From positions 480,001-544,000 of the forward strand of contig CAVZVA010000002.1 of the NCBI GenBank assembly GCA_963778655.1: DNA of 64,000 nt, read 5' to 3'. Below are positions 31,572 to 40,733 of this stretch, one piece after another (position 1 is the stretch's first letter; every line of letters begins with the position of its first letter). A model generated the notes under the pieces. It saw only the letters and a program-made list of their open reading frames with translations. It had not been told where the DNA came from and did not search any database. A program made the position numbers and the translations under genes. This DNA is from an uncultured delta proteobacterium. GTDB taxonomy: Bacteria > Myxococcota_A > Polyangia > Polyangiales > JAFGIB01.

Positions 31572-33182
31572 ATGGCGGAGGCCACGCAATCATCGCCCGC
31601 GGCGGGCGGCCCGCAGCGCTTCGGCAAGTATTGGCTCGACGCGCAGCTCGCAGAGGGCGGCATGTCGCGCGTGATGCTGGCGCGGCTGCGCGGCCCGGGC
31701 GGCTTCGAGAAGAAGCTGGTGGTCAAGCAGATCCTGCCCCAGCTCGCGCAGGACCCTGGCTTCATCGAGCTGTTCGTGCACGAGGCCAACACGCTGGTGC
31801 AGATGAGCCACCCCAACATCGTGCCGGTCTACGAGCTGGGCGTGGTGGACGGCGTGTATTTCCTGGCGATGGAGCTGGTGGAGGGCGCGACGGTGGCCGA
31901 GCTGCTGCGCGACGGCGCGCTGCCAGAGGCGCTGTGCGCGCACATCGGCGCGCAGATCTGCGAGGCGCTGGCCTACGCGCACGAGCGCTTCGGGCTGGTG
32001 CACCGCGACGTCACGCCGCGCAACGTGATCGTCGACGCACGCGGCCACGTGCGCCTGCTCGACTTCGGGATCGCCGCGCCGCTCGCCCACACCGGGCGCG
32101 GCGAGCTGTTCGGCTCTCCCGGCTACATGTCGCCGGAGCAGGCGCGCGGTGCCACGCTCGGCCCGCAGAGCGATCTGTTCTCGCTGGGCAGCGTGCTGTA
32201 CGAGGCGCTGCGCGGCGAACGGCTCGCGCCCCAGGACGAAGCACCACAGAACACCGCGCCGAAGCAGGAGGCGCCGGGCGCGCCCGCGCTGCCGGAGGGC
32301 GAGCTGGACGCCGAGCTCGCGCGCCTGGTCGAGCAGCTGCTCTCGCCCGACCCCGCGGCGCGCCCCGCGTCCGCGGCCGAGGTGGCAGCGCGCTTTCGCA
32401 CCTGGCTGGCGCGCGAGCACCCACAGGGGGTGGCTGCCGAGCTCGGGCGGCTGGCTGAGCGCGCTCGGTCCCGCGCCGGCCTGCACAGCGAGCCTCCGCC
32501 GCGAGCGGTCGCGGGCGAGCGCAGCGCCACGCCGCGGCTCACGCGCTCGATCGCGACCCGAAGGCAGTGGAGCGAGCTGCTCGAGCAGGGCACCGAGCCG
32601 CTCGGCCGCGCGCGCGCCGCGCCGCGGGGGCGGCGCGCTGCGCGACGCGCGCTGCGGTTTTGGGTGTTGCCCTTGCTCGGGCTGATGGCGGCGGCGCTGC
32701 TGCTGCAGCGCACGCCCGGCGTGGGGCGGCGGCTGCGTGTGCCCGCGGCCCACACCCGCGCGGCGCGTCCACGCAGCGCGGCGAAGAAAGGCGCAGCCGC
32801 GCCTGCGACGTCACCTCCGACGGCGACCACGGCCACTACTGCGGCGGCGGCTGGCACCACTGCGGGCTCAGCGGCGGGCGGGGACCGGGAACGGAGTGCG
32901 ACACCGGTGCTCACCGCGGCCCCGCCGGCCCAGGCCGACACGGCGACGCGTGGCCGCCTCAGCGTCAACGCGGTGCCGTGGGCGGAGCTGCGGCTGGACG
33001 GGCGCGCGCTCGGCACCACACCACAGCGTGCGCTGAGCATCGGCAGCGGGAGCCACGTGCTCCAGCTCGACTGCCCGCCGCTCGGCCGTCAGGCCCGCGT
33101 GCCCTTCGAGCTCGAGCCGGGCCAGCAACGCCGCATCGTGGTCGACCTCAACGCGGACCCGCCGAAGGTCACACTGGACTGA
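31572..33182 (+). CDS. Membrane-anchored Ser/Thr protein kinase with C-terminal PEGA-like domain
   Basis: LAEGGMSRV, LVVK, HPNIV, HRDVTPRN, DFG, GYMSPEQ; TM segment FWVLPLLGLMAAALLL; GRLSVNAVPWAELRLDG...LGTTP. Confidence 0.9.
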   Translation: MAEATQSSPAAGGPQRFGKYWLDAQLAEGGMSRVMLARLRGPGGFEKKLVVKQILPQLAQDPGFIELFVHEANTLVQMSHPNIVPVYELGVVDGVYFLAMELVEGATVAELLRDGALPEALCAHIGAQICEALAYAHERFGLVHRDVTPRNVIVDARGHVRLLDFGIAAPLAHTGRGELFGSPGYMSPEQARGATLGPQSDLFSLGSVLYEALRGERLAPQDEAPQNTAPKQEAPGAPALPEGELDAELARLVEQLLSPDPAARPASAAEVAARFRTWLAREHPQGVAAELGRLAERARSRAGLHSEPPPRAVAGERSATPRLTRSIATRRQWSELLEQGTEPLGRARAAPRGRRAARRALRFWVLPLLGLMAAALLLQRTPGVGRRLRVPAAHTRAARPRSAAKKGAAAPATSPPTATTATTAAAAGTTAGSAAGGDRERSATPVLTAAPPAQADTATRGRLSVNAVPWAELRLDGRALGTTPQRALSIGSGSHVLQLDCPPLGRQARVPFELEPGQQRRIVVDLNADPPKVTLD

Positions 33183-33198
33183 CGGGAGCCACGCGCGG

Positions 33199-33771
33199 TC
33201 ACGGCTTGGGCGCGAACTGGAACGGCACCTGCACCACTGCGCAGCTCCCGCCGCTGGGTGTGGGAAAGGTCCAGGTCGTGGCGAGATTGCGCACGCAGGC
33301 GAACACGGTGTCGTCGTGCAGCGAGCCCCCGACCGCGGTGGCCACCACCTTGCCGTTGGCGCCGACCTTGATCCGCAGGACCATGTCGCCCTGCAGCACG
33401 TTGTTGACCTTCAAGCGCCGCTCGTAGCAGCTGCGGATCTGGGCGCGGTTGTCGTTGATGACCTTGATCGCGTTGGGCAGGTCACCCGAGCATTCCCACT
33501 CGCCGGTCTTGTGCACGTAGACGATCTTCTTGGGCGGCGGTGGGGGCGGAGCGCCAGCGTCGGGTGGCTCGGGCTCGAGCTCGAGCTGGGGCTGTGCCAT
33601 GGGATTGACCCGCTGCACGTGCGGCGGGGGTGGCGGCGGCGGGGGCGGCGGCGGCGCCATCTGGCGGCTCGCCACCACCCAGAGCACGGCCGCGCCTCCC
33701 AGAAACGCCAACCCGATCAGCAAATACTTGAGGTTGCTTTTCGGAGCCTGCGGTGGGGTCGTCGTCGGCAC
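33199..33771 (-). CDS. AgmX/PglI C-terminal (TonB_C-like) domain protein with TM helix and Pro-rich linker
   Basis: TM segment, poly-Pro, QIRSCYERRLK...LQG...ACV...WTFP...VPFQF. Confidence 0.8.
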   Translation of the reverse strand: MPTTTPPQAPKSNLKYLLIGLAFLGGAAVLWVVASRQMAPPPPPPPPPPPHVQRVNPMAQPQLELEPEPPDAGAPPPPPPKKIVYVHKTGEWECSGDLPNAIKVINDNRAQIRSCYERRLKVNNVLQGDMVLRIKVGANGKVVATAVGGSLHDDTVFACVRNLATTWTFPTPSGGSCAVVQVPFQFAPKP

Positions 33772-33877
33772 GTTCCATCCCCTGGGAAGCCATGGCGCCG
33801 CGAGCCCGCTCGCGACCCGCGCGAGCATAGCGGGACCTGCAGGCAACGCAAAGAAGCCGATTCACGTGCGGACCGCG

Positions 33878-35110
33878 TCACTGCCCGACCCCGCCGGGCG
33901 TGATCACCACCCTCAAGCGCTGCTGGGGCGGCGGCTCTGCCGCGAGCGCCACGCCGGTCGCCGCCGCGGCGACAGCGGCGATTCCCCCCCACACGTACCA
34001 CCTTTGCCACCACGCCGGCGCTACGCGGGGCCGCTCCCGATCCCCGTTGCGGGCCTCCAGCCAGGCGCGGTCGGCCTCCAGGCGCGGCTGATCCGGCGCC
34101 CACGCCGGCATCTCCGCGAGGGGCTCGCTGCCCAAAAGTCGCCTTGGCCCGCGGCAGCCGTGCGCGTCGCAGCGCACCAGCAGCGCGCGCTCGCCGCGCG
34201 ACGAGCTTTCCAAGACCAGCACGGCGGCCGGGCCGGCGCCGGCGTGTTGCAGCGCGCGCAGGGCCCGACTGACGCGCGGATAGTCTCCGCGCGCGGCGGC
34301 CGCGCGCAGGGCCGCGGCCGCTTCGGAAGCGGCGTCGGGCCACAGCACCACCTGAAGCGGCGGCCGCGCCCCTTCGAGCACGTCGATCATGGCGCCGTAG
34401 GGGCGAAATCCCGGCGCCTCCACGCGCAGCACGTGACGGCCAACCGACAACCGCGCGCGCACCGGCGAAGGCCCGCGCGCGCTGTCGTCGAGGTACACCT
34501 GGGCACCTGCGGGGCGCACGCTCACCTGCAGCTCGCCCAGCGGCGCCAGGGCGACCTCGCGCGCGACGCGTGCGTACAGCGCGACCACGTCGGGCGCGGC
34601 TTCGGCTTCCAGCAGACCGCGCGCCGGATCGAGCGTGGCCGCGCGCCGAAACGCGCCCTCCGCGAGCTCGAACAAACCTGCCTGGGCGGCCGTCACGCCC
34701 AGGCTGAGCTGCACCTCGGCGTTCCAGGCGCCGGCGCCCGGCACGTCCGCGATGCGTTCGGCAAGCGTCGTGGCGCGCGCGAGCGTGGCCAGCGCCTGGT
34801 CGTCGGCCAGCGCCGCGGCCTGCGCCCGGGCACGCGCCAGCAACGCCTCGATCTCGCGCAGCGGGCGCAGGCGCGCCGGGTCGATCGCCACGCCCGATCC
34901 AGCGGGCTCGGGCGCGAGCGCGGCGGAGAGCGGCCCCCAGCGCTGCGCGAGCCGCTGCCGCCAGCGCGCGGCGTCGCGCGGCGCAGGCGCCTTGAACAGC
35001 AGCGCGCCGGGGGGACCCTCGGCCTGCGCCTGCGCCCAGGGGCCCCCGAGCAGCGCCGCGAGCGCCACGGCCACGCGCCAAGGGCTGCTTGCCGTGCAAT
35101 GCGGGCTCAT
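33878..35110 (-). CDS. PEGA domain protein with TPR-like helical region and C-terminal membrane anchor
   Basis: Signal peptide; GELQVSVRPAGAQVYLDD...GRHVLRVEAPGF; PAWWQRWYVWGGIAAV. Start uncertain. Confidence 0.75.
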   Translation of the reverse strand: MSPHCTASSPWRVAVALAALLGGPWAQAQAEGPPGALLFKAPAPRDAARWRQRLAQRWGPLSAALAPEPAGSGVAIDPARLRPLREIEALLARARAQAAALADDQALATLARATTLAERIADVPGAGAWNAEVQLSLGVTAAQAGLFELAEGAFRRAATLDPARGLLEAEAAPDVVALYARVAREVALAPLGELQVSVRPAGAQVYLDDSARGPSPVRARLSVGRHVLRVEAPGFRPYGAMIDVLEGARPPLQVVLWPDAASEAAAALRAAAARGDYPRVSRALRALQHAGAGPAAVLVLESSSRGERALLVRCDAHGCRGPRRLLGSEPLAEMPAWAPDQPRLEADRAWLEARNGDRERPRVAPAWWQRWYVWGGIAAVAAAATGVALAAEPPPQQRLRVVITPGGVGQ

Positions 35111-35153
35111 CTATGGTACCGCGCCGTTTGTCGGCATCGCCTCGGAGTCGCGC

Positions 35154-36785
35154 GTGCTCGAGCAGATTGTACAGAAATTCCGCGGAGTGATTCTGCTGTT
35201 CGTGGTCTTCACGCTCAGCGCCGTGTTCATGCTGCAGTTCGGCGGGCCCCAGGCCAAGGGTTGCAGCTCCGGCGGCGCGGTACCGGCCGCGCGCGTGTAC
35301 GGCCACAGCATCAGCCGCAACGAGCTGCAGTCGGCCTACTTGCTCGCAGGCGGCGAGAACTACCCCGACGAGATGGCCAAGCAGTACAAGCTGCAGAGCA
35401 TGGTGCTGTACGGGCTGATCGAGCGCGATCTGCTGGCGCGCGAGGCTCGCAAGCTGGGCTTCACCGCGAGTGAGGACCAGGTGCTGCAGAAGATCGCCGA
35501 CGATGGGCTGATCTACCTGTCGATGTCGGTGGACGCCGGTCCCTACCTGCCGCCGTCCGGGCCGCAGCACTTCAGCTTCGAGGACAGCAAGGGCAAGTTC
35601 AGCAAGGAGAACCTGCGCAACTTCGTGCAATACCGGCTACGGCGCAGCATCCGCGAGTTCACCCGCGAGCAGATGGAAGAGGCACTGGCCCAGCACATGC
35701 GCGACCTGGTCGGCGCGGCGGTCACCGTGGGCCCGGGCGAGCTGTGGGACGCCTACGTGCGCGAAAAGGAGAGCGCCAAGCTCAAGTACGTGCGCTTCTC
35801 CAGCGTGTACTACGCGCAGGCGTTGCAGCCGACCGAACAGGACATCACCGCGTTCATGGCAGCGCACAAGAAGGAAGTCGACGACGAATACGAGCGGCAG
35901 AAGCACCGCTACACCGGGCTCGAAAAGCAGGTGCGCTCGCGTCACATCCTGATCAAGGTCCCCGAAGACGCCAGCGCCGACGTCAAGGCGGCGGCGCGCA
36001 AGAAGATCGAGGGCCTGCTCGCGCGCGCGCGCAAGGGCGAGGATTTTGCGGCGCTGGCGCGCCAGTACAGCGAGGACGAGGGCAGCGCCAAGAAAGGCGG
36101 CGACCTCGGCTACAACCCGCGCGGGCGCATGGTCAAGCCCTTCGACGATGCGCAGTTCGCGCTCAAGCCGGGGCAGATCTCCGACGTGGTCGAGTCGACC
36201 TTCGGCTTCCACATCATCAAGGTGGAAGGCATCCGCGAGGGCGACGTGCCGGTGGACGAGGCCAAGCGCGAGCTGGCCGAAAAGCTCTATCGCGACAGCC
36301 GCGCGCAGGAGCAGGCCAAACAGGCCGCCGCCGAGCTGCTGCAGAAGGTGAAGGCCGGCGCCACGCTCGAGGACGCGACCGCCGCCCTCGAGCCCTCGAG
36401 CAGCGACGCGCTGGCGCCGCAGGTGCGCGAGACGCGGCCGTTCGGCCGCACGGACGCGGCGATCGCGGGGCCGTTCGACTCGAGCCCGTTGGTCAAGGCC
36501 GCCTACGCGCTGAGCGAGGACAAGCCCCTGCCCGACACGCCGATGAAGCTGGGCGACGACTGGTTCGTGTACCGGCTCGAGAGCAAGACGCTGGCCGATC
36601 GCGCGGCCTTCACCGACGAAGAGCAGGCGCGGATCGAGAGCGCGCTGCTGCGCCACCGCCGCAGCGAGGTGCTCAAGGCGTACGTCCATGGCCTGCGCGA
36701 CAAGGCGATGGCGAGCAGCGACATCTCGGTCAACGAGGCACTGCTCAGCGGCAGCACGCCCGCGGCGCCCGAGCCCGAGAGCTGA
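35154..36785 (+). CDS. PpiD/SurA-like periplasmic chaperone with parvulin PPIase domain
   Basis: N-terminal TM, SurA-N region, QVRSRHILIK, FAALARQYSEDEGSAKKGGDLG, MVKPFDDAQF, STFGFHIIKV. Confidence 0.88.
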   Translation: MLEQIVQKFRGVILLFVVFTLSAVFMLQFGGPQAKGCSSGGAVPAARVYGHSISRNELQSAYLLAGGENYPDEMAKQYKLQSMVLYGLIERDLLAREARKLGFTASEDQVLQKIADDGLIYLSMSVDAGPYLPPSGPQHFSFEDSKGKFSKENLRNFVQYRLRRSIREFTREQMEEALAQHMRDLVGAAVTVGPGELWDAYVREKESAKLKYVRFSSVYYAQALQPTEQDITAFMAAHKKEVDDEYERQKHRYTGLEKQVRSRHILIKVPEDASADVKAAARKKIEGLLARARKGEDFAALARQYSEDEGSAKKGGDLGYNPRGRMVKPFDDAQFALKPGQISDVVESTFGFHIIKVEGIREGDVPVDEAKRELAEKLYRDSRAQEQAKQAAAELLQKVKAGATLEDATAALEPSSSDALAPQVRETRPFGRTDAAIAGPFDSSPLVKAAYALSEDKPLPDTPMKLGDDWFVYRLESKTLADRAAFTDEEQARIESALLRHRRSEVLKAYVHGLRDKAMASSDISVNEALLSGSTPAAPEPES

Positions 36786-36806
36786 TCGCCGCCCTCGGGC
36801 CAAGAG

Positions 36807-37433
36807 TCACAGGAAGAACGACGCGCCCAGGTTGAGCGAGGGCGTGCCCAGGCGCAGCGTCAGCGCGAAGCTCTTGGACAGGTGAAAGCGCACGCCGAGC
36901 CACAGCACGATGTCGACGCCGGTGTCGCTGCCGTTGTAACGGCACAGGTTGCCGTTCGCGCACACCGCGTTGACGTCCCAGGCCCAGTGGTGGATGCCCA
37001 GCCCGAGCTCGGGAAACGCGCTGATCAGCTTGCTGAAGAAGAAGTTCCACTGCATCGCGATCGGCAGCCAGAAGTCGTTGGCGCTGCAATCCCCGCGCGG
37101 CAGTCCGGGCCGGACCTGCCCGTTGAAGCCGTAGTAGTACAGGCAGCTGTTGCCGAAATGGGCCCAGTCCAGGCCCAGGGTAACCGCGAGCGAGTTGTCG
37201 ATCGTGGTCACCGGGCCGTCCTGCATCACCGGAATCGACGCGCGCAGCCCCACCCCGAAGCCGTCGTTGGTCGCGACCGGCTGGTCGGCCCACTGCACCA
37301 CCAGGTGCGGCTCGAGCTCGACGTTGTAGTGCTCGTGGCCGCCTGGGTGATCGATCTGCGCCCGCGCGCCAGAGGCGCCGAGCCAGGTCAGGCTCGAGAT
37401 CAGGAACGCCCCGAGAACGCGCGATGCCGTCAT
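36807..37433 (-). CDS. Small outer-membrane beta-barrel protein
   Basis: Signal peptide (ARA), amphipathic strands, C-terminal LNLGASFFL; AAAGGAG RBS. Confidence 0.65.
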   Translation of the reverse strand: MTASRVLGAFLISSLTWLGASGARAQIDHPGGHEHYNVELEPHLVVQWADQPVATNDGFGVGLRASIPVMQDGPVTTIDNSLAVTLGLDWAHFGNSCLYYYGFNGQVRPGLPRGDCSANDFWLPIAMQWNFFFSKLISAFPELGLGIHHWAWDVNAVCANGNLCRYNGSDTGVDIVLWLGVRFHLSKSFALTLRLGTPSLNLGASFFL

Positions 37434-37611
37434 CGTCGACTTGTCTCCTTTCGGTCCGCGAGCGCCTTCCCTGGCGACCCCGAGCCGGGCAGCCGGCGGC
37501 GTCTCCAGGTGGGAGTCTATCTACTGTCGCGCGAGCCGGGGAATTCGTTGTAGAGATCAGCTACTTTCGAGGCGTTGGGAGCGGCGGCCGGCTCACACGC
37601 AGCACGCGCGC

Positions 37612-38988
37612 TCAGCCCCCAAAGATGTGGGAAAGCACCAACGACTTGAACGCGGTGGCCTCGATCGCGCCTTCGGGCAGCAGCCCGGGCTCGCTGCTGA
37701 TGCACAGCGGGCCCTGCTCGGCGCGGTCGGTGAGGCGGCCGTGGCTGCCGCGCACCAGGCTCGCGTCGAGCGGGATCACGTCCATCAGCATGCGAAACCC
37801 GAGCGCCTTGCGCAGCAGCTTGAGCCCCACGCGCACGCGCGGAAACGACAGCGCCGGGTCGAGGAACAGCTCGACCGGATCGTAGCCAGGCTTGCGGTGG
37901 ATCTCGACCGTGCGCGCGAAATCGGGCGCACGGGCGTCGTCGAGCCAGTAGTAGTAGCTGAACCAGCGATCGGCCGCGCTCAGCGCGCACAGCTCACCTG
38001 CGCGGGGATGGTCGAGCCCATGGCTGCGCTTGCCCTCCTCGCCCCAGACCTGCTCCACGCCGTCGAGCGCCTCGAGCAGGCCGCGCACCTCCGCGACGCG
38101 CGCAGGGTTCCGCACGTAGACGTGCGCGAGCTGGTGGTCCGCCACCGCGAACGCCTCGCTCGCGCCTGGGTCGAGCAGCTCGAGCCCGCGCTCTTCCCGC
38201 ACCCGCAGCAAGCCGGCCCGGCGCAGGGCGCGGTTGACGTGCACTGGCCCCCGCACCTCGGTGATGCCGTACTCCGAGCACACGATCACCCGCGCGCCAT
38301 CGCGGCGCACGTGTGCGATCAGCTCGCCCGCCACCGCGTCGATCTCGCGCAGGTGCGCCGGGATCTCGGGATGCGCCGGGCCCAGTTTCTGTAGCCCGTA
38401 GTCGAGGTGCGGCAGGTAGACCAGCGTCAATGTGGGGCGCTTCTCGTCGTAGACCTGACGCGCGCAGTCCGCGATCCAGCGGCTGCTCTCGAGGTTCGCG
38501 TTCGGCCCCCAGAAGCTGAACAGCGGGAACTGCCCCAGGCGCTGCTGCAGCGCGTCGCGCAGCTCGGGCGGCTCGGCGTAGATGTCGGGCAGCTTGCGCC
38601 CGTCCGCCAGGTACATCGGCCGCGGCGTGACCGCGAAGTCCGCGCTCGAGTACATGTTGTACCACCAGAACAGCTTGGCGCAGGTGAAGCTCGGGTCGCG
38701 GCGCCGCGCCGCCTCCCAGATCTTCTCGCCCGCGACCAGGCGGTTGGACTGCCGCCACAGCCACACCTCGGACAGCTCGCGGAAGTACCAGCCGTTTCCG
38801 ACGATACCGTGCTCGCGCGGCAGCGTGCCGGTGGTGAAGGTCGCCTGCGCGCTGCAGGTGACCGCCGGTGTGACCGTGCCGAGCGGCCGAACCCCGCCCT
38901 GCTGCGCCAGCTCGCGCAGGTGCGGGGTGTGCTCGCCGAGCAGCTCGGGCGTGAGCCCGACGACGTTCAGGACTAGCGTGCGGTGCAT
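37612..38988 (-). CDS. eboF: EboF, nucleotide pyrophosphatase/phosphodiesterase (alkaline phosphatase superfamily)
   Basis: VLNVVGLT, PAVTCSAQ, HGIVGNGWYFR, FWWYNMY, YLPHLDY, SEYGI, ADHQLAHVY, IHRKPGYDPVEL, GSHG. Confidence 0.92.
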   Translation of the reverse strand: MHRTLVLNVVGLTPELLGEHTPHLRELAQQGGVRPLGTVTPAVTCSAQATFTTGTLPREHGIVGNGWYFRELSEVWLWRQSNRLVAGEKIWEAARRRDPSFTCAKLFWWYNMYSSADFAVTPRPMYLADGRKLPDIYAEPPELRDALQQRLGQFPLFSFWGPNANLESSRWIADCARQVYDEKRPTLTLVYLPHLDYGLQKLGPAHPEIPAHLREIDAVAGELIAHVRRDGARVIVCSEYGITEVRGPVHVNRALRRAGLLRVREERGLELLDPGASEAFAVADHQLAHVYVRNPARVAEVRGLLEALDGVEQVWGEEGKRSHGLDHPRAGELCALSAADRWFSYYYWLDDARAPDFARTVEIHRKPGYDPVELFLDPALSFPRVRVGLKLLRKALGFRMLMDVIPLDASLVRGSHGRLTDRAEQGPLCISSEPGLLPEGAIEATAFKSLVLSHIFGG

Positions 38989-38999
38989 GCCGGCTCGCC

Positions 39000-39884
39000 T
39001 CAGCGGCCCACGACTGGAGTCTGCCCGCGCAGCACCGAATTGCCCTCGAACAGCTCGCGCTGATCGACCGGCGGCGCCTCGCCCTGCTCGCCCAGCTCGA
39101 GCCGCCCGCTCTGGCCGAAGAACGCGATCGGGTTGCGCCACACAATCTGCTCGATCGCGCTCTCGGCGATGCCCTCACGCCGCATCACCTCGGCGGTCTT
39201 GGGCACCTTGAGCGGATCGGAGACGCCCCAGTCGGCGGCGCTGTTGATCACGATGCGCTCGGGGCCGTAGCGCTTGACCAGGGCTGCCATGCGCGCCTCG
39301 TCCATTTTGGTGTGCGGGTAGATGGAGTGGCCCGCGTAGCACTCGGTCGCCAGCACCAGCGGCAGCGTCTCCTCGTTGTTGTGGTCGATCAGCACCTTGC
39401 TCTCGGGGAAGCGTGCCTCGCGGATCAGCGCGATCGTGCGCTCGGTGCCGCGCTTCTTGTCGCGGTGCGGCGTGTGTACCAGCACAGGCAGCTCGTGCTC
39501 TTTTGCGAGCTCGAGCTGGGCGAAGAACGCCCGCTCCTCGGCCGGCGTCATGTCGTCGAAGCCGATCTCCCCCACGGCTACCACGCCGTCCTTCTCGAGG
39601 TAGCGCGGCAGCAGCTCGAGCACACCCTGCGCGAGGTCGGGATTGTTGGCCTCCTTGGGGTTGAGCGCCATGGTGCAGAAGTGGCGGATGCCGAACTGGC
39701 TGGCGCGAAAGCGTTCCCAGCCGGTCAGCGAGAGGAAGTAGTCCTCGAACGAGCCGACGTGGGTGCGCGGTTGGCCCAGCCAGAACGCCGGCTCGATCAC
39801 GGCAACGATGCCGGCGCGCGCCATCGCCTCGTAATCGTCGGTGGTGCGCGAGGTCATGTGGATGTGGGGGTCGAACATCTTCAT
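39000..39884 (-). CDS. eboB: EboB, TatD family hydrolase
   Basis: FDPHIHMTSRTTDDYE, EPAFWLGQPRT, WERFRASQFG, VGEIG, HTPHRDK, DHNNE, NSAADWG, GNSVLRGQ. Confidence 0.93.
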   Translation of the reverse strand: MKMFDPHIHMTSRTTDDYEAMARAGIVAVIEPAFWLGQPRTHVGSFEDYFLSLTGWERFRASQFGIRHFCTMALNPKEANNPDLAQGVLELLPRYLEKDGVVAVGEIGFDDMTPAEERAFFAQLELAKEHELPVLVHTPHRDKKRGTERTIALIREARFPESKVLIDHNNEETLPLVLATECYAGHSIYPHTKMDEARMAALVKRYGPERIVINSAADWGVSDPLKVPKTAEVMRREGIAESAIEQIVWRNPIAFFGQSGRLELGEQGEAPPVDQRELFEGNSVLRGQTPVVGR

Positions 39885-40582
39885 AAACGTTCCTCGGTGG
39901 CGCTGATCAGGGCCAGGTCGGCCGGCACGCTGCGCCCGGCGGCGCGACGCTCGGCCTCGTAGTCGGCCGCGACGCGCCGCAGCTCGGGGTCGCAGCGGCT
40001 GCGCCAGCCGAGCACGCGCTCGAGCGCGAGCTCGAGGAAGATCGCCTTGATCACGAGCTGGTTGAAGTTGAGCTGGGGAAAATGTGCGGCGGGAAAGGGG
40101 TTCTCGCACGCGATCGCGGCGAACACCTCGAGCACGTGCGTGCGGCAGGCTTCGACCGCGAGCGCCGTGAAGCGCTCGGGTCGAGGCAGAAGCGGCAGAG
40201 TACGCAGCAGCGCGACGCGCTCGGCGTTGTCGCCCTTGCGAAAGGCTTCGGTCGCGATCGCGAGGTGGTCGTCTGCCGCAGCCACGTCGATCGCCCGCAG
40301 CAGCAGCGCGGCGCGTGCCCAGTCCGCGAGCGAGAAGGCCTCGGGCACGGCGACCCCGAGCGCCGAGAGGCGCGCGCGTTCGTCCGCGCCGAACGCGCCC
40401 GCGGCGCCCGTGAAGCGGCGGCCCACACCGGCGTAGGCGCCGAAAAAGCGACCTCGTGCCAGCGGCGCGTCCGGCGCCGGCAGCGCGTCCGAGAGCCAGC
40501 GCCAGGCCGGCGGCTGCGCGCGCGGCTCCACCACCGCGAGCAGCTCGGCCGCGCATGACGTCGCTGAGCCCGGCGTATCCAT
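39881..40582 (-). CDS. eboA: EboA domain protein
   Basis: GDNAERVALLRTLPLL, EACRT, AIACENPFPA, FNQLVIKAIF, YEAERRAAGRSVP; ATGA overlap with eboB. Confidence 0.9.
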   Translation of the reverse strand: MDTPGSATSCAAELLAVVEPRAQPPAWRWLSDALPAPDAPLARGRFFGAYAGVGRRFTGAAGAFGADERARLSALGVAVPEAFSLADWARAALLLRAIDVAAADDHLAIATEAFRKGDNAERVALLRTLPLLPRPERFTALAVEACRTHVLEVFAAIACENPFPAAHFPQLNFNQLVIKAIFLELALERVLGWRSRCDPELRRVAADYEAERRAAGRSVPADLALISATEERL

Positions 40583-40627
40583 GCTGGCTTTCCTAGCACG
40601 GATCGGTTCGGGAGCGCCTGGGCGGGC

Positions 40628-40703
40628 ATTCAACCGGCAGGCGGGATGGCGGAGAGACGAGGGATCCCTCCGAACTGCCCGTCTTCCCGCCTTCCTGTGG
40701 ATC
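40628..40703. repeat. GGAAG/CTTCC repeat, copy 4
   Basis: ATTCAACCGGCAGGCGGGATGGCGGAGAG...GAGGGATCCCTC...CTGCCCGTCTTCCCGCCTTCCTGTGGATC. Confidence 0.75.
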
Positions 40704-40733
40704 CTCTCGATGCGCGCGCGCGTGGCGCAGCGA

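Noticed and set aside
32520..32800. Possible compensated frameshift in the Arg-rich part of the Ser/Thr kinase
   Set aside because: The frame stays open through the TM and PEGA regions, and low-complexity linkers are normal in these kinases. It cannot be supported without homologues.
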